DNA of 64,000 bases from Amoebidium appalachense (Eukaryota > Protista > Ichthyosporea): the NCBI GenBank assembly GCA_963693365.1, contig CAVNZM010000006.1, positions 2,914,001-2,978,000 on the forward strand, read 5' to 3'. This document shows positions 1 through 11,891 of the stretch, in pieces. The position numbers and the translations under genes are program-made. Within the stretch, counting starts at the first letter, position 1. Each line of letters begins with the position of its first letter. The notes under the pieces were generated by a model. The model worked only from the letters and a program-made list of their open reading frames with translations. It was not told the origin of the DNA and made no database searches.

Positions 1-248
1 CATTTAGATTCGTTTGTTATAATTAGGAATTTGGTTATTGCGAGGTTGTTGGCGCTAGTAAAACTGAGCAGTTTAGGATATGCCTCTTTCGGGTTGTTTA
101 GGTTTTGAAGATTTGTTGGGAGCGGTTTTGATGATCTTTTCGTTATTGTTTTGAAATGATTGGTCTTCACGCTTTTCATGTGATTTACATATGCTATGTG
201 CATGTACTTGCAAATCTGATCTTTCCAGTTGGGTTTAGATAATTAAGA

Positions 249-491
249 TGATATCTCGTGAGGTGTTGGTTTTGCCAAATCACATTAACTTCACTTTCAC
301 CTATGAATCGTTGAAAATATGGGTTTTCTAATCAAGATATCTCTACAGGTGCTTGATATTTCAAAATATGTCAACTTCACCATCACCCTCATAATCATTG
401 AAAATATGGTTTATAAAACGGTTATCTCTTAAGATGTTGGATATGCCAAATAACGTGAAATTTCAACCACAGCTGTAACATCTTCGCATAT
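249..491. repeat. Degenerate ~86-bp tandem repeat, ~3 units
   Basis: Units begin gatatctc/gatatctc/gttatctc and share '(g/a)tgttgg..tgccaaat..aacttcac..cac..ttgaaaatatgg'. Confidence 0.55.
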
Positions 492-899
492 TCATCGCGC
501 ACCTTTTTTTGCAGCTGAAACAGATGCATACATACGTATGGTGGCTGGCCCACTTGGATCTATTCCACGAATCAACTTCTTGGTCCATCATTAAATGATA
601 AAAAGTTATCTCCATTTGGCTGTACAGTTTACTCTGCCCCCCTCCCCTCCCCCCCGCTCTTTGGGTCTTAGTACGATGCCGCCGTGGTGGAACGTATTGG
701 GGGGGGGGGGGGGGGTTAAGCTAAGTTGAACGAACTCTACAGCCTAGCCTTATTAATCTTTAGGCCATCAGATGACTAGTACTTGTTTCAGGCCCCCTTA
801 TTAGTGGGTGAGTGGCCCCTGTCACAGCACTCTTCGTTGTACATGTCACCTTTGGATACTTCGATCCGCGTGTGATCCACTGAGTCATTCTTGGACTAT

Positions 900-930
<31 letters not shown>

Positions 931-1139
931 CCCCGCCCCTTCCCCCCGGAACCCCAAACCCAACCCACCCACGTGCACCACCACCAGTCCCGCTCTCTCC
1001 TATCGCTTGCCATTGAGTCACACTGTCAGCTTAATATCCTTCAATCAGCTAAATTTAAAAGTTACGTATAATACGCCGCATTCAAGTGACGTGTGCAAAT
1101 TTTGCTCTCGATAGTTCGTGCAACACACACACACACACA

Positions 1140-2852
1140 TGTATCCAATTAATTAAACCAACATATCATGCAAGCTGGTGCACGATATGTTGGCTTTATA
1201 GATTGGAAAACTGCTTATGATTCTGTCTCCCCTGGAAAATGGTCTCCTATGGGAAAAGCTTGCTGCACGGGGTGTACCACACTGCATTGGTGTTTTGTTG
1301 GAAGCACTTTTGTCTCAAACCTATGGTAGAGCTGTGGTTAATAATCACCTTTCATATGGGTACTAGAGGTCTCTTGCAGGGTTCAGTCCTTAGCCTCTTT
1401 TTGTTTAACTTATTTATACATAGATGATTTGGCTGTCAAGATTTATGCCGATTCGGAAATGATGACCCCATTAACTTATAACTTTCCGCCTGCACTTCTC
1501 TATGCTGATGATCTGTCCCTCCTTGCTCGTACCCCTAGACGCCTGCAGAGATTGTGCGATATAGTCTCAGAGTGGTGCAAGTCAAACTTTATGATCCTTA
1601 ATATAGACAAATGTGGTGTTCTTGTACCTGATATAGCTAACAATTTACACGCATTTACATTATCATCTCAACCTGTACCCATAGTTCCAGAATACAAATA
1701 CCTTGGTATTCCGGTTAATTCTGCTGGTGCGTAGGTTATGTTTTCCCATATGGTTAAAAAGAGGGTATGTAGAGCTGGCTCGTAAGCGGTTAGCTTTCTT
1801 CTCGGCTAATATTTTTGAAGACACACCCCTCCATCCTTCTATTAGACTTACATTTACTCGCACCTTTGTCTTCCCGGCATGTGAATATGGTTTACCCCTT
1901 CTCGCCGCTTGGATCAACTTCAGAGAGAACTAGAGCGCTTAAACGCTTGGCAAATTTCCTTGAAGTAGAAGTTGCCTCCTTTTTATCTAACAAACTGTTG
2001 TAAACATGGGTCTGTAACGCTCTCGATATATGGTCTGGTCCCATTAGCTGCTAGGGTGTCCTATCTTGAACTTCAATAAGCACATAAGCCGCTTAAAGAA
2101 TTATTTGCCCTCCCACCCTCTCTTCTGTATCCGACCTGCCCCCTCCCCACCTCTCCCCTCTTTCCTTCCCTTTCTCTCTCCTTCTTGCCCAGGCACAAAT
2201 ACAAATAAATCCCGCAAAAGTGTGCGTGTGACTTTGGACTGCCACTTACTTACTAGACATGTACCGGCGATAATCACAAAATAATCACACACTAACAAAT
2301 GGAAAAGATACCACACGACACTAGACCCGATGAAAACAGACACCTTGAAAAACTAAGCCTTATGTCTCGGTTTTATACATAATGACCGCCTAAATCATAT
2401 TACCAAATATGGCACTCGCAAATGTGTAACACCTAAATACATAGTACCTTCCTGTAGAATTTGCCTTTCTCTAGCTGACGGTATTATTGACCACTTACCA
2501 CGCTTTTACTGTACACGTGCCATACTATGTGGAGATCTAATAAGTATAAGGTGGCATCGTTTGCATGCCCAAACAACACACACACTGGCATCAGTTAAAC
2601 GGTCATGTATTGCCAAATGTAGTTTGATAGACCACATAATACAGCAACACACACACGACACATTTACAACAGACACCTAGAAAGATAGCTTACCTGAAAA
2701 TTACAACATCCCTGATTTCATACTAAACACACAAAACTATGATCTTTTTATTAGATGTATTGATTGGCTTGACTCTTGAACACGTCATCTCAAAACTCTA
2801 GCACACACACACACACACACACTCACACACACTCCGACACACACACACGCAC

Positions 2853-2907
<55 letters not shown>

Positions 2908-3190
2908 AGCTGATACCGAGTGTCCCAGGGGAACCCGCAAAAAAAAAACAAAAAAAAAAACAAAAAAAAACGGGGAACCCAACTAACTGATTTTCTTAGT
3001 CATCGTGGTGCTTTGTAGAGTAAGAAAATTCTGATATATATATATATATATAATGATATATATATAATGATATATATATATATCAGCACCCGATATCTAT
3101 GTACTTGATCATGATATACCGCTGAGGAGATATTCCGAGCAAAACCCCCCCATACCTGAGACTGGTCTCTCTTTGCCTCGAGTAAACAGA
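1140..3190 (+). mobile_element. 5'-truncated, degenerate non-LTR (LINE-like) retrotransposon: RT pseudogene plus 3' region
   Basis: RT motifs in order across frameshifts and stops: VGFIDWKTAYDSVS (~1188-1229), GLLQGSVLSLFLFNLFI, LLYADDL, LNIDKCGVL, YKYLGIPV. The 3' part (2508-3187) recurs at 24851-25450. The 5' break abuts (CA)n at 1121-1139. Confidence 0.9.
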
Positions 3191-3242
3191 GTAAACCCCC
3201 ACAATCATCTATGCACATGGGGGGCTAATAATATGCTGTTTA

Positions 3243-3460
3243 TATACGAGGCGCAGAGAGACCAGTCTCAGGTATGAGGGGGGTTAGCTCGATATATCCC
3301 GTCAGCGTTATAGCATGACTCGGTACATTGATGTCGGGTGATGATTATGTCAGGGTTTTCTTCCTCTATAAAGATATGAAGCACCATATAAAATAAAATA
3401 TGTAAGAAAAAATCAATCAGTTGGGTTCCTCGGTTTTTTTTTTTTTTTTTTTTTTTTTTT
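3243..3460 (-). mobile_element. Inverted, diverged copy of the retroelement 3' region (matches ~2940-3185)
   Basis: Reverse complement reads A-tract-ccgaggaacccaactgattgattttttctta...atcatcacccgac...catacctgagactggtctctct, matching 2971-3180 and 25267-25440. Confidence 0.85.
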
Positions 3461-3485
3461 GTGCATGCATGTGTACGTGTGTGTG

Positions 3486-3520
<35 letters not shown>

Positions 3521-3824
3521 GTGCTTGTGTGTGTGTGCTTATGTTTGTGTACAAAATGTGTGTGTATGTGTGTGGTGTGTTCGAGGGCATGTGTGCGCAC
3601 GCACACACACCTTTGTGTATGTGTGAGTGTGTGTGTGTGTGCGTGTTTGTGTGTGTGTGCGTGCGTGTGTGTGTGTGTGCGTGCGTGTGTGTGTGTGTGT
3701 GACAGTGTGTGTGTGTCCGTGTGTGCGGCACGTGTAGTTCAACACCATTACATGTCATTTTGTGACAGCGGAACAGTTTCAAAACAAATGTTTAACACAC
3801 TGGGCCAACGTAAATCAACACAAG

Positions 3825-3860
<36 letters not shown>

Positions 3861-6348
3861 ACCACCACCACCAAAAAAAAAAAAAAAAAAAAAAAAAAAA
3901 CGTGGCCACTGTGACAATCATTATGTTAGCCAGTGTCAAAACAACAACAGCAAAAAAGACCAAAATACCAAAAACAACTGCAGTTGGCCACAGCGTTAAG
4001 GTACCTCTGATTACGCACTCAAGTTATGAGACAGTTTAGGCGCTATCCATCAGACACTTGCATATATCCTACTTTTTTGGTCTTTTCTAAAACCATTTTT
4101 TGTTTGTTTTTTTGAGTCAAAACTTCCCGTCAATATTCCTATATTTGGCTAATCGGTGCGATCGCACGCGAATTATTGGTCCATACATTTTTTTTGGATT
4201 GAAATATTTCTACTTTTATGGTCGTCATCTAAAAACGGATTACAAATTGGCCTGTACATCAATACTTGTTATAGCTATAGCAGCCGGGCTGGCATGCATG
4301 CAAATTGAATGCACGGCCGCGGTTGCCTAAAGGCACGCATCCGATCTCACCCCCCTCCCCCCCCCTCCCCCTCTCCCCTCCCCCCCCCTCCCCATCCTCT
4401 GCATCGGGTGTCGAGAACAAATAATGGGGGCCAGAGGGGGGGGGGGGGGGGGGGGAGGGGGGGGTTGGAGAAGGGAGGGGTGGGGTGGGGTGATGGGGGG
4501 GAGGGAGGGAGGGAAGGGGTGAGATAACGACCCCCTAGCCTGCAGCCCAGGTATAAGATTTCTATGATAGGCTCCACCAACAATGTACATATCCTCGTAT
4601 CAAGTACTTATGAACCACATGGGCCCCTTATCTGTTTCCGCGGAGCGCACTTCCGCACCTTTGTAAATCGACTCAGGGTACATGGTGGTGGTGGCAGCGG
4701 TGGTTGTTGATCATGTATGTTGCCTCAGAGTCTGAAGCGTGTGTGGCTACATGTGGCATGTGTGGGCGATGGTGCCGGGCTTGGGGATGTGAAATCGCCA
4801 ATTGGTCCAGAGGCCTAGGGATGCATGGAGAAGGGTGTCAGAAAATGCTTCACACTATACTATCTCTGGAGACGGCACTCCACTTATTAGCTAGAAGGGC
4901 GGCACCGTAAGCTAGCTATCCTCTATCCATCGTGTCACTAAACTAAGGCACATGGGGTTGGCACCCAGACTATTAATAAAGTCTTAACACTATTGAGTCG
5001 TCACTCAGACCATTATTATCCCGCGCTGTCTCATGTCTGCAGCAATACACAAGTACGACAACTAGTGACTGCAACCTAACACTAACGTAGCTAAGGTGAT
5101 CAAGCTTATCCACGAACTTCTGAGGTGCTGAATGCTGCAAGTGTGTGTGACGGCACACACACACTGACCATCACAAGTGTCGGGGGTGACCTACAAATGA
5201 CGGCACACTCGTATTTGATGACTGTCGAGCCCAGAGCTACTGTCCAGACAGTAGCTGCTTATATACGAAGGCAAGTACGCTTGTGCTATCTTTTCTGGTC
5301 CTGGTGCTCTCGGGAACTTCACCAGAATCTGAACAGATCCAGCCCGGGATCTTGGTGGTGCGTAGCTAGCCAATCGGAGCTAACAACGGTGCGAGCCCCA
5401 CCACGGTACATACTAGTGGCCCGGATAGCCAGACGCAATCTGATCGGATAGCCAAGTGACTAAGAAACACACGTATTTACACAGATCTCTCTAACAAAGG
5501 CCAAAAACACCTAAACTAGAACTAAGGAGTGAGTGAGATATCATTACACACATTATTAATTCTGACAAAGGGGACAGAGAGGTCTTGGAGGAGGAGGAGG
5601 GGGGAGGGGCCCCGGGGGTGGGTGGGGGGGGGAGGGTGTTGGTATCAAACTGAATGTCGAATGGGGTTGGTAGTGTGCAGTTAGTGTGCATGTGTATGCG
5701 CACACACATACACCACACACACGCACATGCACACACACACACCGTGGCATGCACACGGTGGCGTACACACACACGCGCGGGGGGGGGGGGGGGGGGGGGA
5801 GGGGGGGGGGGAGGGGGAGGGGGAGGGAGGGGGGGAGGGAGGAGGGGGGAGGGGGGGAAGGGTTGGCCATGCAGGCTTGACCACGGAGTGAAAAATGGGT
5901 AACTTACAAGGTGCAGCCAATGCAGACAAGTCGCTAGACTATGTGATAACTAAATTAAATGCTATCACAAAAAAAGTTTAATGTCGAGCACATGGGGGGC
6001 CGCCACATGTTAGGCCCGGCAACAACACTGCAGCTCACCCGACACTGTATTAGTGTGCCAAGACGTGTCAGTGCATGTACAGGGATTCAATTTTGGTCTG
6101 AATTCACCATTGCTAGTCTGCTACCACAACAAGAAAGAAGACATCATTTCGTGCAGAATTTCCGATCACGTACTCCCCCCCCCCCACCCCCCAGCCTCGC
6201 TCTCTCCCTTTCGGTGGATAGGTAAGATAGCCTTTCTGCGTGCGCATGCACAAGTTCACGTGTGTTTGCCGTGTGTATATAGATGTACGTGCTCTATGTG
6301 TGCACACATGTGTGTGTGTTGTGTGTGTGTGTGTGTGTGTTTGTGTGC

Positions 6349-6388
<40 letters not shown>

Positions 6389-6545
6389 CACTGTGTGCGT
6401 GTGTTGTATCTCCACTCCAATCAAATTACAGTCCGAATATGTACATGTGCGTACAATCCTAAATGAATTCTGAACCTAATCGAACACATACATGCATTTA
6501 CATCCCAAACAAACATTTCACAAGAGCTCACTCCCTTTCACCCAA

Positions 6546-6598
<53 letters not shown>

Positions 6599-6648
6599 AC
6601 CACCACCACCACCACCCCCCCCTACCACCACCACCACACCAACCTACT

Positions 6649-8865
6649 CTAAGCCCAAAACGGCCAGAAATCCTTATGGAAAGTCCACAGTGGGGCATGA
6701 CTACGGCTTAGACAAATTCCTATACGTGGAATACCAAAAAACCATCTCAATAATCGCTGTGTGCCCACACACACCACCTCTGCGCGTGCGCACAGGTGTG
6801 GGCCCCCATAGACCTGAATCAAATCCGGATGCTCACATAACATCTGCTGCTGCACAAACTGGTCATCGTCCATAATTTTGCGTTTCAGCAAATCAATCAT
6901 CACCACATCCCACGCCGCGTAATACCGTTCAATGGCCTCTTTCGTGCCCCCAAAGAACCCCCCCGCAATGTTCGCAGGGTGGGATTTTGCGCGAATTTCG
7001 GTCGTATTTGGGCTGCAATCCCACTGTCGGCCCCCGGGGCGATGATCGGTCGTGATAAACAGCCTCTTGGTGTCGACCATAGCCCGGACCTTGTCTATAT
7101 CCGGCCACCTGTAGCGGGCATAACTCGACCACTGCACCCACCACCCCTTCCCATATGCCGCGTCCGCCCAGAAGAAAAACTCGCTCCCGAAGGGGTTCTT
7201 TCTCGATGTCTCGGCGACTAAAACGGTCTTGTGGAACTGAATGAGATTGTATTCGGCAACGATTCGCTCCACACGTGTGGGCCGGACGTACGTTGGATCG
7301 AACACGCGAATCGCCTCCTGTATGAGCGGGAACATTTTGTGTTGCCTCAGACGGTCTAGGGGGACCGAGTTGAACTCTATCGGCCATTTGCACCCCTTCA
7401 ACCGGTACTGCCCGTCGCCCGTTTTCTCCCCGACCGTGCACCCACGCCGACCAATCAGATGCTCCAGAAACGGCGATTCGGTGTACATGACAATGCACGA
7501 ATTGATGCTCTCCATGTTGATCCCCACCCAATTGAGGAAACTATTCAAATCTCGCGGTTTTTCCGTTTTCTGATCGGTCATTCCTGCGTCATAAAACGCC
7601 ATCACCACCGTAACGGGGCATTCTCCCGGTTCGAAATTGGACCGGAAAACAAGCGACCCGTTTGCGTCGTGAACCGTTTTGACGATCTGATGGAGCATAA
7701 GCTCGCCTTCGAAGGGTACACCACCGGACATTGTTGTGCGCCACAAAACGAGGGACACACACAGAACCAACGGAACGAGAAGCAGCGTTTTCCGTGGCCC
7801 GATATGGTTGGGGAGCGTGTTTACGCCCTTCCTTACCGCCGCCAACCTCTCCCGTACCCACCCGTTCAAAATCTGCATTGGTGTGCCGCTAGTGGTGTAT
7901 TGTTGCATGACTCTTACACGCACCCACCACAACCCACACAAACTAGTACCATAGAACAGGTAGATAGCAACAATGCCTAAATAGAACATAAGATGCTCGC
8001 TATAGTAGTGGTCATTTCCATCCGCCACACCGTACCATTTCCCATCCGTTCCTACGTGTACATCCACATGATGTGTGCGGCGTGATTTCCACGGTTTATC
8101 GTCCTCCGGCCCATAAACCCCCACGTCAACCTCTGAAAATTCCGTCGTGGTAAGTGCATCCACACGCATAATCCGAACTTTCTCACCATAGCGGTTCGAA
8201 CTATCCTGCACAAACCGGTAAATGTGCCCATTGTGTATGACGGGCCGGCCGCCTGGGCGTGAGTATTTCAGGTCACCCACGTACATGGGTGTGCGGGGGT
8301 GCAGGGTCCACTTAGCCGTCACGATGTCGTCTGTGTCCGAGTAGTAGATGTGGAATTCATCAGTGCCGCTCACGTGCGTAAACAACCACCACCTGTGCGC
8401 ATTGCATGGTCAGAGGAAAGGAAAGGGGGGTTTTGAATGCGGAACACGGTACAAAGTACGCATACACGACGAGAAGCATGGTGCAGGACACATGCAAAGG
8501 CAAACATTCAAGTATGCAACATCAGCCATGTGCACAGTATGCGTCATAAGCAGAGCCCATCCTCAGGGAGGACCCAAGTCATCAATTGCGTCTGAGTTTC
8601 GACCCCTTAGCCCGCGTATATACGACACTCCAACTCAGACAGCAGCATCAACTGAGCTTGGGCGGGTCAACCCGTCTTGATCAAAGACGAGCAGGGTTGC
8701 TTATGCAAGCAAGGTGAGCAAAACGGTGAAGATGTGTGTGCAAACTAATGCAGTGCAGCGAAAAATGTGTATGTGCTTACAGATGCACGACACAGAGCAA
8801 CCATGCCCGGTTGCATGGAAGTAAAGCGGTCTCCACACAGTGGTCTGTCCTGAAAGGGGGGGGGG

Positions 8866-8902
<37 letters not shown>

Positions 8903-9772
8903 CTTATTGAGTAAGAAGTACATAGTCAGGACGAATATGGCGTGTGCAAGAGAAGGAGAAAAGATCTGTGCGCGCGCACGCATGTGTGCGTGGCACGTGT
9001 GGGTTTGGATGTGCGTGCACCGGTGGGGGAGGGGGGATGGGAGAAGCAGGAAGATGGGGGGAAAGAGAGAGCTTGAAGGAGGGGAGAAGGGAGAGAGAAG
9101 GAGAGGCCAATGGGCCGGAGATGGGGGAGGGGGAGAGTGGAGGGGCCGGGCAGGTTGGGGGGGAGGAAGGAGACGGAGGGGATGGAGAGAGAAAGGGAGA
9201 AAAGGGTGCAGAGAGAGACAAAGAGAGGTGTAGAAAAAAGGTTTTTATAAGCACGTTGTAATCAGGTTGGGATGGGGAGCCGGGGATCGTACATAGAGGG
9301 AGACAGAGAGAGAGGGAAAGAGAGAGTGAGAGAGGGGTACAGAGAGACGAAAAAGAGAAGGGGGGGGCCGGGGCAGGGGGAGGGAGGGAAAGAGAGAAAG
9401 AGAACGAAAGAGAGCGGAGAGAGACGGGGAGAGAGAGAGAGAGAGTGTGTGTGTAAAGGGAATAAAATCAGGCGATCTGACTTGGTGTGGGTATGTGCCT
9501 ATGTGCATCTTGGCGGAAGACGGAAGGGAGGAAGGAGGGGGTGATGAAGGGGGCCCTGGGAGGTGGGGGCACGATGTTACAAAGTACATATTGCACACTC
9601 ACGACAGACAACAGATGCCTTGTAAAGCGCACACAAAGAGCATGCATCGTAAGCACAGCCTATTTAGGGGGGGGGGGGGGGAAGAGGGGCAAGCCATCCA
9701 CCAAGGATTGGGGGGGAAGGGGGGGCACATGTTAAGTGGGAGGGAGGGGAGGGGGGGGGAAGTCATTCACCG

Positions 9773-9811
<39 letters not shown>

Positions 9812-10050
9812 ACAGGGGGGGAAGGGGGGGGGGGGGGGGGGGGGGGGATCTTGAAAACACATACAAGCCAAGCTGCAGGTGAAAGCAAAACAAAAGATCA
9901 ATCACATTGCGAGCAGGGGAGAAGTCTTTCAGGCAGGGTGGTGTATGGTGATGGAACGCGAAAGAAAGGACACTTAGGTGTGCGCTCATGGGTGGGTATG
10001 CACACCCCTGGGCAGATGCAGATTTGTGTGTTTGCGTGTGTTGTGTGTGT

Positions 10051-10086
<36 letters not shown>

Positions 10087-10149
10087 TTGAACGTGCGTTT
10101 GTATGGCGTGCATGTGTCTTTGTGTGTCCGTGTGTGTGTGTGCGTGTGT

Positions 10150-10181
<32 letters not shown>

Positions 10182-10223
10182 TCGTGGGTGGGTGTAAACG
10201 TGTGTTTGTGTGGCGCGTGTGTC

Positions 10224-10283
<60 letters not shown>

Positions 10284-10684
10284 CGCGCGCGCGTAAGTGC
10301 ACCTACAGGCACTGCAGCAAGCGATAGCCCAGGTAAAAATGATAGGGGAGGATCCATAGAACCTTGCAGCAGAAAGTATGCAACGAAAGGCAACAAGGGT
10401 AAAAGCGGGCCACAACCATCACCCCCCCTCCCCCCCCCTCCCCCCCCTTACCCCCTCCCCGCCCACCACCACCGCCACCAAAACACACACACAAACACAC
10501 ACATCCCTGCCGCAAACAGAGCATCCCCAGAGAAGGGAAAGTGAGGGACAGGGTAAGGAGAGAAAGGGGACGGTTGGTTGGCATCAAGGGGGGAAAGAGA
10601 AGGTGTGTGCAGGAAGGAGGGAGGAGGGGATAAGACGATCAGGCACCGGGGGGGGGGGAGGTGGGGGGGGGGGGTGGGGGCAAG

Positions 10685-10729
<45 letters not shown>

Positions 10730-11891
10730 AGGGAAACAGAATCAACGATGTGCACTTCGACAAGGGGTATGTAAGCGAACAGGGTGGAGGGGCAAAGTCA
10801 GCATTAAGATAATGAAAAAACAGCTGGGATGTCAGTAGAAAGTAGTGCACACACTGTGAGAACAACAGGGAACATGTTGGAATCCATCCCACAAGCAAAC
10901 GATGTCACCCCCTATCACCGCGCCCTTCAAGCATCATCATTCCCCAGTATTTCTCACTTTCCTCCCAACACCCGACACACAAATGGATGGGCAAGCCCCC
11001 TCCCCCTGTCTCCCCACATCCCCCCCCCCCCCAGCATATCACCCCTTCCCCTATTCCACCTTCACAAGAAACGGAGCCTAGATTGGCTGTCCCGAATTCC
11101 TCCCTCGTATACCTCCTTCGCCCCTCCCCCCCCCTCAACCAGGCACAAAACACACCGAGGTCCCCCACCCCAATCCCTCCCCAAAAGACAATTCAGAGCA
11201 CACAAACCCACCTGCCGTCCTTCAGTATTGGAGAGGTGTCACGAAACGGGGCCCCCTCCAAAAGAACCTTTTCTACCCGCCAGTCGTATGGGAAGTTGTG
11301 TGCACGGTACAGCCGCACCTGTTTGACATCACCTATCTCCGGTATCATCCACACCTCACCCTTGTGCTCAAAAACAAACGGGTAGGAAAGGTGATATGGG
11401 TCCTCTACCAGTACTTGCTTTTCGTAACGCCATAGGCGGCCGTTTGCATCTGGAGTCATGCTGTCGCCCCACGCTACAGAAATAACACCATTCCCAAGAA
11501 GACTAGGCTTGAGCGGCGCCGAACGTCCATTCCCACCGTGATAGTACACATACTTCGATTCAAAGAAGAGATAATAGGGGTGGAGGTCAGGGTTTTTCAC
11601 CAATGCTCCTTTGGGTGTTTGGATGACAAAAGGATCTGCAAGGAAATCAGCTGGGAGATCCCAAGCATCAATGTTTCCTACACTTAGCTTTTCAGAGAAA
11701 GAAAGAGTTGTGGGCGAGTCTCCATGTGCAAGGCCGATGGACCATTGGGCGTACACACCCAGTCTCTGGGGTTGATAACAGCGAAGACCCCACCAAACAT
11801 GAAAGAAAAATGCACACAGGGAGAGGGCTAAAAACCCAAGCAGAGCGAAGAAATTGGTAAGGGTGAGGTGTTGGCGCGCGTTTGCAGCCAT
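6649..11891 (-). CDS. GINT1-like N-terminal beta-propeller + 2 TM + HtrL/YibB-like putative glycosyltransferase, ~807 aa; exons 11891-11212 and 8392-6649
   Basis: Exon 1: MAANARQ..., TM anchor, [37 protein letters not shown]. Phase-2 GT-AG splice (AG|GTGGGT ... CTGAC...CACAG|G) gives KDGRWWLF. Exon 2 continues the propeller (SRPGGRP, QD...YG, HHVD), then two hydrophobic helices, then HtrL-like motifs ([42 protein letters not shown]). Confidence 0.88.
8425..8857 (-). mobile_element. ~430-nt intronic structured repeat, copy 1 (SINE-like or ncRNA), sense to host gene
   Basis: Near-identical to 28421-28850; diverged relative at 16014-16196. Ends ~30 nt upstream of the 3' splice site of intron 8393-11211. 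Confidence 0.8.

Noticed and set aside
819-1124. Possible solo LTR (TGTCAC...CAACA)
   Set aside because: Termini are imperfect, with no TSD or second copy in the window.
8553-8610. Canonical type II hammerhead using CGAAAC...GUC...CUGAGGA
   Set aside because: Only 4 nt separate GUC from CUGAGGA (no stem I), and GUC is absent in the diverged copy. Kept only as a variant-ribozyme hypothesis.
8590-8662. tRNA gene or tRNA-derived head (agctcagttg, ggtcgaaac resemble A and B boxes)
   Set aside because: No cloverleaf can be formed, spacing is atypical, and the motifs are internal rather than at the element's 5' end.
8348-8680. Repeated 72-110 aa ORF (also 28456-28674 and 28908-29126)
   Set aside because: It recurs only because the element is repeated; the diverged 16-kb copy conserves pairing but has indels, indicating non-coding constraint.
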